From NCBI RefSeq assembly GCF_000143415.4, contig NW_003314261.1, positions 3,088,849 through 3,152,848 of the forward strand: 64,000 nt of DNA, in the 5' to 3' direction. A model generated the notes under the pieces. The model was not told where the DNA came from. It searched no databases and saw only the letters and a program-made list of their open reading frames with translations. Positions 36,601 through 47,696 of the stretch are shown piece after piece. The position numbers were made by a program, and so were the translations under genes. The stretch comes from Selaginella moellendorffii. Taxonomy: Eukaryota > Plantae > Lycopodiophyta. Each line of letters begins with the position of its first letter. The stretch's first letter is position 1.

Positions 36601-38323
36601 AGCTAAGCAGTTTTTAGAGGGTATACGTCTCACATTTTCACAGGTATCCATTTCTCATTATGGCTTTGTAAGCGTGTCGAACACATGTTTGCAGGTATTG
36701 CGTGTTGTGAAAACCAAACAAGTTGTCCATGCAATTTTACTTCGCATCTCGGACTATATTCAAAGTTTGGAAAAATCCGGTCTGCTCGAGGATAGCGAAA
36801 CAATGCATCTTCATGATGCTGTGCAGGTAAGTGTTTTCATTGTATAAGGTAATAGAGCTGACAGAAGCTCACTTGCAGGCTGATTTGAAAAGGTTACTGA
36901 GAAATCCTCCAAGCGTTTCAATGCCGAAGGGAGCAGATCTTTTGCGTACTCAGCCTTTTATAACATCTCTTCCGAGCCAAATTCAAGCCTTGATTTTTAA
37001 TTCCTCGAAGGAGTTTCTAAAGCTGAGAGGCAGCGTTCTCTATAAAGAAGGCTCTCGTGCGGACGGCCTTTGGCTTATAGCGAATGGTATTGTCAAGGTA
37101 CGTAAATCCTGGATGATGCTACCATGCTTGAAGTATGTTGAGTTTGCAGTGGAACACTAGTCGCAATTCCAGGCATCTATTGCATCCAACGTTTTCTCAT
37201 GGCAGTACTTTGGGTCTTTACGAAGTTATCATGGGAAAGTCGTTCCTCTGTGATTTGATCGCAGACTCGGTGGTTCAGTGCTTTTATCTGGAAGCATCTA
37301 AAGTAATGTCTATCTTACAAGCCAACACAGAGCTGGAACAGTTTTTTTGGCAGGTAAAGCTAAGAAGACTGAGTTGAATTCTCACCGCATTTAATTGCAG
37401 GAAAGCACCCTTCCGGTTTTGAAGATAATTTTACCGGATTTTTTCGAAGCAATGCCTATGCATGAGCTCCGAGTCACTGTCCAGAATTCTAGCATGATAT
37501 CTTTCATCCGCGGAGAGATTATTGAAGTACCAGTTGGCGAGATAGGCCTTCTTATTGAAGGATTTCTCAAGCAGGACGGGGAAAACGAAATAATCGGAGC
37601 CCCGGCTGGAATTGTTTGTCCCAGCCACGAGACAGGTTCCTTCTTTCTAAATTTCTCGCCCTCTAACAATCTAATTTTTCCTGGCACAGAGCGGAAGGTT
37701 TCTGGCAACGGTGTCTTTTACGGAAACATATTTCACGTAGAGACGCGCTCTCGTCTGGTTCTCATCAGGCACAACGTCCACACGAGAGTTTCTTCGCAGT
37801 CCTTGCTTTCCCGTCGATCCAGTGCAATTGGGCATGGCAGCAGCTTCAGCTTGAGGTACCGAGGAAGGCACGGGTCGGATCAAAGCCGGAACTCGGAGCA
37901 GCAGATCCTTGCCCGGATGAGGCAAGGCTCGGCAACAACGAACGAAGCCAACGTTCTTGAAGAAATCAAGGTACGCTTCCTCGTTTTTATGTTCGTCACT
38001 CAAGTTCTAGAGATACATACACGCAGATGGAGAGCGCGTGGAAACGAGGAAGCACGGGCCAGATATGGCCACAGCAGCCTCAAGCCGTCCCACCTTTGTT
38101 CCCGGGAGGAGTCCGGCGACGCTCGCTCGAGAGGCCGCGGGAACTCCAGCCTCAAGGAAGCCTGCCGCTCATCTCAGCGCCGCCGGTTCCGCCACTCCCG
38201 GCCCTGAGAACGCGGCGGAAGCTCCGGAAGAAGCAGCTGTCCAGCGATTCCAGCGACGAGGAGGAGGAGCACATCGTGCAAATCGAGTCGCCCAGCAGCC
38301 TCTTCCACAACGCTTTCAAGTGA
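33676..38323 (+). CDS. SOS1: SOS1/NHX7-type Na+/H+ antiporter, paralog B (full-length)
   Basis: Same motifs and intron positions as paralog A. Ends SSDSSDEEEEHIVQIESPSSLF, matching the SOS1 C-terminal regulatory motif (IVRIDSPS). Confidence 0.95.
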
Positions 38324-38477
38324 AACAAGAGTTAGTTTGTACGGGCGGTGGGGCTGGCGACCGTACGCTTCTAGGGCGCGCGGATTTGGGCCACTCGATG
38401 CTTTTGCCCTAGGGTTTGAGCTGTTTGTGATCTTTGCCATAGCTGGTTGCGCGAGAGAGAGAGGAGAGAGTGCCGCC

Positions 38478-40878
38478 ATGCCATATATTCCTCCACATCT
38501 GAGGTCGGGAGCCTCGTCCAATTCAAGAGCCGCCACGCCCGCGTCGCCATCGCCGTCGCAGCGATCGTCCTCTGGGGATTTTGGGAGCAGGGATCGGGAT
38601 TATGGGGGCAGCTTTGGGAGCTACAGCAGGAATCGGCCCGACGCGAATGGATTCGCGTCGGGGAATGGCTACGGCCGCGAGAAATGGCCCTTCCCGAGCC
38701 GCGATACCCGCGGCTTGCCGCCGCCGGAGGCGGTGTGGTCACGGTGGCAGCCATCGGAGCGCGTGAGGAGAATGCAGAGCGATCAGGTGAGTATCTCTCC
38801 CCGGGGTAAAACCCTAAACCCTCGTTTGCTGGATCTCTCCCCTGTCTCTCTGGTGCTAGATCGCGGATGTGAGGGCGCGTCTCAATGTCGATGTGGAAAT
38901 CACTGACGGCACGCCGGCTGCCCAGGCGCCGGTGGAAACGTTCGAGGACATGGTAAGAGCATACTGCTACTTTTAGTGACTAAGATCTGGCTCTGGCTCT
39001 TTCCCTTGCAGTGTTTACATGCGAATATCATGAAAGACATTGCGTTCCACGAGTACACTAATCCAACTCCAATCCAAGCGCAGGCTATGCCTGTGGCTCT
39101 TTCTGGAAGAGACTTGCTCGGATGTGCTGAGACTGGAAGTGGCAAAACTGCTGCTTTTGCTATCCCGATGATCCAGGTTTTCTTGCTGTTTTGATACGAC
39201 TTATTTGCTTACTTCTCGGTGCCCGTTTCAGCATTGTCTAGCTCAACCTCCTATTCGTCATGGTGATGGGCCTTTGGCCTTGGTGCTCGCACCGACTCGT
39301 GAGCTTGCCCAACAGATCGAGAAAGAGGTGCGTGTGAAGCAATGAATTATTCTCACTGCCTAATGTATTGTTTAGGTGAGGGCATTCAGCCGATCCACAG
39401 ATGGCTTCAAGACTGCTATAGTTGTGGGTGGAACTCATATCGGAGAGCAGGTAATACTTTAGTTTCAAGTGAAAGTTTTGTTTATCTTTTCTTTCGCCGT
39501 TTCTTAGAGATCCGAGCTGCGATCTGGAGTTCAAGTGGTTGTAGCTACACCTGGCCGTTTTATCGACCATCTTCAGCAAGGAAATAGTTCTTTGTTGAGA
39601 GTATCGTATGTTGTACTGGACGAAGCCGACAGAATGCTTGACATGGGTTTTTTACCCCAGATTAAGGAGGTATGCTGCATTTGGTACTTTTTCTTTCATT
39701 GCTGAGTGGTCGTCGTTGTAGGTGATGCAAAATCTTCCTAAAAAGCATCAGACGCTCCTTTTCAGTGCTACGATGCCGGAGGAGATTGAAGCTCTTGCTC
39801 AGGAGTATCTGACAAAACCTGTTCAGGTTAAAGTTGGGAAAGTGAGCAGTCCAACCTCAAATGTTCTACAGTCTCTCGAGAAAGTTGATGAGAAAGACAA
39901 GGTAAAAAATGATCCTATATCACGGACATTATTTTTCTATGATACATGTATACGTAGATTGACTACCTTCTCGCGATGCTTGTGGAGTCGTCAAATCAAT
40001 CTGAACGAGCAGGGCAGCCTCCGCCTCTTACGATTGTTTTCGTGGAAAGAAAGGTAAGTTCGCAAGATGAAAACGTCGTACGTTCTTAGTCCAGTTTATT
40101 ACAGGCAAGGTGTGACGATGTTGCGGATGCTCTGTTAGCTCAGGGACTCAAAGCAGCTGCCCTTCACGGTGGAAGAACTCAGGGCGAAAGAGAAGCTGCA
40201 TTGAGAGATTTTCGAAAGGGTGCAATCAGTATCCTGGTTTGTTTTCTATATCGCATTTTTCGAACGGTCGCCACTTTTGTGTTTTTCTTTCTTGATAGGT
40301 CGCAACTGATGTCGCCTCGCGTGGTCTTGATGTTACCGGAGTTGCACATGTTGTGAACTTGGATCTTCCAAAGGTCCGGTGGTAGTGTTACTTGCTTTGT
40401 CCTGACTTATTAGTCAAATTGTTCAAGGTTATGGAAGATTACGTCCACCGCATTGGAAGGACAGGGCGAGCTGGTGCAAGCGGTCGAGCGACATCTTTGT
40501 ACACCGATCGAGATGCTGTATGTCGCTCTAGATTTCCAGTGCGCTTATTAATGTTGTTTTATCATTGTTACAGTTTCTGGTCGCACAGATTCGGAAAGCA
40601 ATAGCAGAGGCAGAGGCTGGAAATGTTATGGCTTTTGCAACTGGAAAGGTATGTTTTTCTGAAGCTTTCTAAGGCTCGACATTACCATTCATTGATAGGC
40701 CGCACGAAGGAAAGAGAGAGAGGAAGCTGCCGCTTTCAAGGAAGGCCGGCTAACAGGGACCTCCGGCGTCGGTACGTTTGGCTCTACCACTGTCCGGGTA
40801 GATGACAAGTACAAGCATATGCTGGTAGCTTCGGTTGATCCGAAGAAAGGCGTTGCGGATGATGCCTGGGATGATTAA
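38478..40878 (+). CDS. DEAD-box ATP-dependent RNA helicase
   Basis: MPYIPPHLR start, Q motif [61 protein letters not shown]; ends ADDAWDD*. Confidence 0.95.
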
Positions 40879-41364
40879 GAAAAACGAGTAGAACACACAA
40901 GTACGTCTCACCACAATTTTGGCGGAACATGTACGATGGGAGGGTGCTCGGATCAGAATTTCTTGACAATAAACTACCCCGTTCGATCAGCAACACAGAT
41001 TTTGGACAGGCATCGTGGCTGGAAGGAAATCGTGTTTGGGGGTTTGAGGTGATGCGAGACAAATGGTTCCACCAAAATCCAGGGGGAGCTTAGAGTCGTG
41101 TGGAAGCATAAAAGGAAATGTGTATACCACCGTAAGCTTTAAGAAGTCACTGGGTCTGGCTTTGGCTTTTCGATTCAGTAAGGTAGCAGGCTTTTCGTTT
41201 CAGTAAGGTAGCAGGGTGTCTTCACGAGATCAAAGGTGGCGGTGTGTGACAGCAAAGGCCGGGCTACATCGGACTCGGGACTTGGCTGTAAGTACTTGTC
41301 AAGTTTTGTGTTTTCTAGGTACTCACTTCTTCTTGCGTGTGCGTCTTTCAAGGATTGCGGGAGA

Positions 41365-42333
41365 ATGGGAAACTTGACTATGAGGGGCATGATGTCCGAG
41401 GAGCTTCCGACTTGGCAGTCCCTGGAGAAGAGTGAGCCTTCTCCACGCAAGTCCTGGTGGGCGGGCAAGTTTCCGAGGAGTCCGAGAACGCCAAAGCCTC
41501 CGAAAAGTAGCAAAGTTCCGGGTGCTAGTTCAGCAGTAGATCCAGGGGATAGCAAACTCTTAGAAACCAGCCAACATCCCGGGCCCAGCACTCCTCCAGG
41601 ATCAATAGGCAAGTCTCCAAAGAAGAGCAAGTCTCCAAAGAAAAAGCAGCAGCAGCCAGCGACCACTGGAAGCCCAAGACATAGCACGCGTGGACACGAG
41701 TCTACCCCCAACGGCACGTCGTCTATGTGGTTTACGCTGTCCATCCTGGCGGCACTGCTGCTCCTCTTCATCACGGTCTTCTTCCTGGTCATTATACTGG
41801 TGGACGCTCGAGCAAGGCTGCCTTCGATCGCTTTACAGGGTGGCGAGATCCATCAGTTGGATCCGGTTTGTGGAGACTCACTCTCCCAGCTTCTACACAT
41901 CAGCATGGCCTTCTCCTTGAACGCGAGCAGTGCTTACAGCGTCAACTTCAATTTCCCGCCCGGCAAGCTGTCTGTGGCTTACAAGATGAACTCCACGGTT
42001 GCCTACGACATCAGCGACGGCCAGACTCCGAGGTTTAGCGTCGGCGGTGGTAACCAGTACGAGAGGTTCACGGTGGTGTGCAACAGCACAGTGGAGGTGC
42101 CCCAGAACGTGGTGAAAGACTTGCAGAACGAGCGCGCGGGGCTGATGACGCAGCGTGTTTATCTCCACGGCATGCTCAGGGCCAAGTACCGCGCGTCACC
42201 TTTGCTGTCCAACTTCAAGAGGAGGATCTACTTTTGCCAGAACTTGACCATCGGCTTCACCCCCGGCAGCGGCACTGTGGACTGCCCGAACTTCACGCCA
42301 TCGCTGGTGAAGCACGGTGATTGCCACAACTAG
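41365..42333 (+). CDS. LEA_2/NHL-like single-pass membrane protein with SP-rich N-terminus
   Basis: Pro/Ser/Lys-rich N-terminus, one TM (FTLSILAALLLLFITVFFLVIILV), then ARLP and a beta-rich domain; intronless CDS. Confidence 0.65.
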   Translation: MGNLTMRGMMSEELPTWQSLEKSEPSPRKSWWAGKFPRSPRTPKPPKSSKVPGASSAVDPGDSKLLETSQHPGPSTPPGSIGKSPKKSKSPKKKQQQPATTGSPRHSTRGHESTPNGTSSMWFTLSILAALLLLFITVFFLVIILVDARARLPSIALQGGEIHQLDPVCGDSLSQLLHISMAFSLNASSAYSVNFNFPPGKLSVAYKMNSTVAYDISDGQTPRFSVGGGNQYERFTVVCNSTVEVPQNVVKDLQNERAGLMTQRVYLHGMLRAKYRASPLLSNFKRRIYFCQNLTIGFTPGSGTVDCPNFTPSLVKHGDCHN

Positions 42334-42534
42334 CCGGAGGAGAGGGTTTGCTTACGCTAGAGCTTTGGGACTTGGAAGTCTTGGAAGTGGGACAAGCATC
42401 CAGAGACAGATACCTTCCTTGGAGAGCGAGCTCAAGGGGCTCGATCATACGTAAAGTGGGGGATAAACGGGGACTCAGACTTAGATTTAGCTAGCGCAGG
42501 AGGAGGACGAAGAAGGAACGAAGAACTGACAGCC

Positions 42535-43149
42535 ATGATCGTGAAGTCGGCGGTGCTCAAGAAATGCATCAAGGACAGGGACAAGCGACTGCTGGCGGTG
42601 TGCCTCATCCTGGGATTCTTGATGCTGGTGATGGTGATCAGCCTCTTCGTCGTCGCCATCTATCTCGATCTTCATCCGAGGCTCCCGATCGTGGTGATGA
42701 CCAACGCTACTATCGGGAGATTCAGTCTGGGAGACACTGGTGGCGAGCTCACGGTGGAGGCTTTCATGGATTTCACGATGGAATCCAGGAACCGCTATGG
42801 CATTCCATTCCGTTACACGGGCGACAGTCTGCTGCTCGAGTATAGGGGCCGAGCTCTGGCGACGGTGGCGACGACGGCCTTCCTCCAGGGTCCCCGGAGC
42901 AATCTCACCTTTGCGGCGCTGGTGAGTGACCAGTCGACGGTGGTGCGCGGGGACGATGTTGTGAGGGCGCTGCGCTACGACTTTGGAGTCAACCGCGTGG
43001 TCGTGTTGCTGGCCGGCACGCTCAAGGCGCGATTCACGGCGTCAAAGGCGGTGTCTTCCGCGGTTGTGGGTGTCCCCGTGAGCTGCGAGCTCGTGATCCA
43101 GCCCGTGAGCTTGTCGGCCAAGTTCAAGTGCAAGGAGTTTGTCTCGTAA
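42535..43149 (+). CDS. LEA_2/NDR1-HIN1-like protein
   Basis: N-terminal TM followed by LHPRLP, SRNRYGIPFRY, AFLQGPRS and C-terminal VSCEL, the typical NHL layout. Confidence 0.8.
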   Translation: MIVKSAVLKKCIKDRDKRLLAVCLILGFLMLVMVISLFVVAIYLDLHPRLPIVVMTNATIGRFSLGDTGGELTVEAFMDFTMESRNRYGIPFRYTGDSLLLEYRGRALATVATTAFLQGPRSNLTFAALVSDQSTVVRGDDVVRALRYDFGVNRVVVLLAGTLKARFTASKAVSSAVVGVPVSCELVIQPVSLSAKFKCKEFVS

Positions 43150-44149
43150 GACTGCTATTAAGATCAATAATATTCGTAGAGTTTTATTTTTTTTCTTATT
43201 ATAACAAGGAAATACAACTGTTTGGAGTAACAAGGATAGTGACACTCTGCAGAAGCTGGATAGTTGTGGTGAGGCTCAAGATGGATCAACTTTGATTAGA
43301 GTCCGCATTACCCAGATACTTGCAGATGACGCCAATGATAATTGGGCGAAGGGAAACCAGCGGGGATGTAGATCAAGGATGATAATCACCGGATATCACA
43401 AAAGAACTTTGAGGATGAGGTCCTTTAAACTAGCTATAATTCCAAATACTTTGTCAACTAGATTCAATGGGACAATTCCATTTATAGCCTCATAATGCCA
43501 TGCATTAACATTTAAAACTTTAAACCAATTTATATAACGTAAGGTCTCCACTAACATCATTGTCTAAAGCTGAAACGTGAGCAACACTCGCAACGACGGT
43601 TTTGCCATAGCTGCTTGATTTTGGCAAACCACAGCTGCAATGCCCTTAAAAACTATGGCAGCAGCAATGCCCAGGAAGTCTTAGTATTGTTTTAGCTACG
43701 TTGGTAAAATTTATAGTGGTTGGGATTAAGCTTTTATCACCTCTTTGTATAATCACAAAATTGAGAAAAACTCCACATTGCTGATTTCTACATTCTAGCG
43801 CTCCTGTCGTCACAATCAATCTTACTTACTATCATACCCTATATGGGACAAAGAGCATACATCCATTTTGTTTAAATCAATCACTAACCCAGCTTTCATA
43901 GGGGTTGAGTTTGGAATACAATGGAGTGATCCAATGAGAACTAGGAGCCACTAGAACTTAAAGTCTGAACAAGTTACCAAAGAAAACAATAATATAACTA
44001 TAAAATAACATAACTATCTCAGAAATATAAAATTCAAATAAGCTACTTTTGGAATATTTGGAAAATAAAGAAACAAACTTCATTCTTATAAGCTAAAACT
44101 GGGATTTGTCATTATCCTATATAGTTTAGTAAGGAAAATAGTTTATAGC

Positions 44150-44310
44150 CACATGCCAACACAAAGAAAAGCTGGGAGAAAGAGACTTGGCTTGTGGCAA
44201 ATTCCCTATACCAGCACAAGCATCAATCATTGATAGTAGTTTGAGCTTGATACCAGTTTGATCTATGAGCCTGGAAACTTTAAGTGCTTCCTTGCAATTG
44301 CCATTTTGGA
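44150..44310 (-). pseudogene. Short PPR relic
   Basis: Minus strand reads EALKVSRLIDQTGIK..LLSMIDACAGIGNLPQAKSL. Confidence 0.45.
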
Positions 44311-44929
44311 CGTAGATGCATTCTAATTTGTAGTGTTTTTTTTAGCTCATGCTCCAAAAGACCTTACAAGCTCATGATGATACAAAGTAAAAGTTTATAA
44401 ATTATAAATATAAGATTAATTTAAATGAATAAAAATATCTTAGAATATCCAAGAATATTCTAGGTATATTCTAGTCCCTTAGTGAAGTTTCCATTGTTAA
44501 TATAACAAATAAATTATAAAAATAATATAAATATTAAGTGAACTAAGACATGGCATGTGGATAGATTCCCATTTTAGTATGAGAATCCCACTCTAACAAA
44601 AAAGTTTGTTTATTCCTAGTTTCGTTCTATTTATATTTCTATTTTTTTTCACCTAAGATAGAGAAAAAAGAACTAAGTATATTTAACTAAATAAAAATTT
44701 TAGATATCCTTCCTTATACTCATCTGGCCAAGTATATATATTAAACCCAATTTATGAACATTTGAACAAAATGTGTTAACAAAAAGAACTATCAATCTTT
44801 TAATAAAGAAAGAGTGTCCAAAAGGATTATCCAATAAATATCTTTTAATACTATAACATCAATCCTTTCAAATCAATCCTTTCAATGTCTTACTCACTAA
44901 ACCTTCAATGCCATATCTAAAAATCTATT

Positions 44930-45560
44930 ATTTTCCTTGGTCTTGCAAAGCATGCCCACTCCACCTTCTGTGAGTGATCATCCCCTAGGAAAATCTTTTT
45001 ATTTCTTAGAACTGATCTAAATTATCTAAGGTGTGTCATATACTTGTTTGCCCCTGAATCAACCTCTATTCTTGCCTCATCCTGGAAGTTGGTGATTTGC
45101 TTCTTGATGCTTATGGCCATGAACAAGCTACTATAGTCATCCCAATCATCCTTATTGCCTTCCTTTGCCATGCTAGCAAAGTTGGCCGACTTTCTCCTAC
45201 TGCCCACTTTCTGTGCCTTCGGATTTTCTCGCCTCCTTTGCTCTTTTGGCCTCCTTATCTATACAATCTCGCCAGGGCCACATTATTGGCACAAAACAGG
45301 CCAGACTCTCTAGCGAAAGTCAGGGCAAGTCACGCACAGCCAAGTGCTTACTCTGTTCAACGAGGCAAGCTGCTCCTCTTCTGCCGCAGCTTCTTGTTTT
45401 CTTTCCACAGATACTTCCTCTCCTCCCTTAGATTTGCTTGCCGGATCATCCACAGATCCCATAACCCTAGATCCTTACCAACAAGGCCGTCCAAGAACCG
45501 ATCGTGCAGTTCGCTGAGTTGGCACGCTTGGGCGTCGACCACGAAAAACTCATTGAAAAT
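44930..45560 (-). mobile_element. Ty1/copia gag-protease relic
   Basis: Broken zinc knuckle (CF..Q*CG..WRDC), then SANFA and copia-type protease motif VDSGANKYMT, followed by GGVGM. Confidence 0.6.
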
Positions 45561-46212
45561 GATATCCTGGACACCGCGATCACAGGGAAAACGGAATCAA
45601 GACCCAGCTACGTAAGTAATGCAAGCAAGCCCGAGGCAAGGTGCCATGGAAATAGCTTCGCAATGACCAATGCACGCAAGCCGTCACTAGATTGACCGGG
45701 ATATTCCTGTGGATCTTTGCTAATAAGAGACGACATTTGGTTTAAAATGAGGAGGACGATTAAAGGAGCCCTTTCTTATAATAATTGTGTTTAAAGTGTG
45801 CATGTGAGATGTTCTTGACTGCTGGGACTGGTAATGTTTGTGCCCGTTTCTAAATCACTTCCTGTGGAATATTCGTCAATGGTCCAAATTTGCAACCTAA
45901 CATTTGAAACATTGGCACATTAGCACATGGCATGCCACCTCACACATATAACCTCACACGTATCACCTTTCCAAGTTTGACTGACCTTTGACTGGATGTG
46001 GGAATATGCTTTAACGTGTTCGTTTGTCCTTAGGGTTCTTGAGGTCGTAAGAAATGTGGACCCCCGAAGCTTTTTACCCTCGTTCTTTGGGAATGAAGGA
46101 CGGAGGTCCGGGCGGCGGCAGCGCAAGGCGTGGGAATCGTCCACTCCCCCGATCGGTGAGTCCGGCGCTAGAATTGGCATAGAATTTTCCCGCGCATCAC
46201 CGCAGCCGGGGA

Positions 46213-47585
46213 ATGAATCGCAATCCGCCGCTTTCGAGCGCCAATGGCGAGCAGGATCGCGCAAGAACGCCGGCGGCGGTGACGAGCGACAATATTTCGG
46301 ACGAGATCCGCGAGTCTGTCAATGGCGGCGATGGCGGCGGCTACTCGTCCTTCTCTCCCTCGGATCCAAACGAGCTCCTCCTCCGCCAGGGCCCCCGCCA
46401 CGCGCCGCTCACTCCCCTCCGGATCGTCCGCGGCCTGGCGTGCCTCCTCGTCCTCCTCTCCACCGCCTTCTTCATGCTCATCTTCCTGGCCCCATTCTGC
46501 TGCGTCCTCGTCCGGATCTTCAGCCGCCACCACAGCCGCGAGCTCGTCGCCTTCTTCTTCGGCCACTGGCTCGCAATGTGGCCCTTCCTCTTCGAGAACA
46601 TCAACGAGACGAGGGTGGTCTTCTCGGGCGATCGCGTCCCGGGCGGCGAGAGGGCGATCGTGATTTGCAACCACAGGACGGAGGTGGATTGGATGTACAT
46701 CTGGAACCTGGCGCTGCGCAAGGGCCGGATTGGGCACGTCAAGTACGTGGTCAAGAACAGCGTCCGCGATCTCCCCGTGTTTGGCTGGGCGCTCTACGTG
46801 ATGGAGTTTCTCCTCATCGAGAGGAAGTGGGAGGTGGACGAGCCCCTCATGGAGCGCTATCTCTCGAGCTTCAAGGACGCCAGGGATCCTCTCTGGTTGA
46901 TCCTCTTCCCGGAAGGAACTGACTACACGTAAGTTCTTCTCTCCTGTGTTTTCCTTCTTTGTTTCGAGTAACGTTTTGATCGATCGACACGCGCAGGGAG
47001 CAGAAGAAGCTGGCTGGCCAGGAACTCGCCGAGAAGAAAGGCTTGCGCAAGCTCAATCACGTACTCATGCCAAAGACCAAAGGATTCCAATCGTGCATGA
47101 AGAACCTTGGCAGCTCTCTCGACGCAGGCAAGCATCATCCATCCAAAAACTTTGGCTTTAAAGTTTAACTTCTTTCTTCTTTTTTTCCAGTCTACGATCT
47201 CACGATCGGCTACAAGAACCGCTGCCCTCTCTTCATCGACAACCTGTTTGGAATCGATCCATCCGAAGTCCACATTCACATCCGGCGCATACCCGTGGAG
47301 CAAATCCCCTCCGATGGAAACGGGTGCTCGTCGTGGCTGTACAAGGCGTACGAGCGCAAGGACGAGCTCCTCAGCTCCTTCATCAAGAAGGGTTACTTCT
47401 CTCCCGGAGGAAGCATCGAGGACAAGCTCCCGACGAGCAAGTCCCTGGCAAACTTCACCGGAGTAGCGGCGTTCACGCTCGTCCTAGGATACCTCGTCGC
47501 CTCCTTCCTCTGGATGAAGCTCTACATCGGCCTCAGCTGCCTCTACTTCGCAATCGTGAGCCACTTTGGCTGGAGACCGGCTTGA
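46213..47585 (+). CDS. 1-acyl-sn-glycerol-3-phosphate acyltransferase, LPAT4/5-type
   Basis: NHRTEVDWMY (HX4D), FPEGTD, VLMPKTKGF, AVYDLTIGY and C-terminal TMs; two introns. Confidence 0.93.
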
Positions 47586-47696
47586 GGGGAGGTCGTTCTT
47601 TCCTTCTTCGCTTAGTTTCCTCGGTTCTCCTTTTTTTCCTACTTCGGTATCCTCGTTTCTCTTTTTTCTCCTCCTCTTTGTAAATGTGTACCTCGT

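Noticed and set aside
36644-36694. U12-type intron (GTATCCAT donor) in SOS1-B
   Set aside because: Donor deviates from GTATCCTT and no TCCTTAAC branch site is present.
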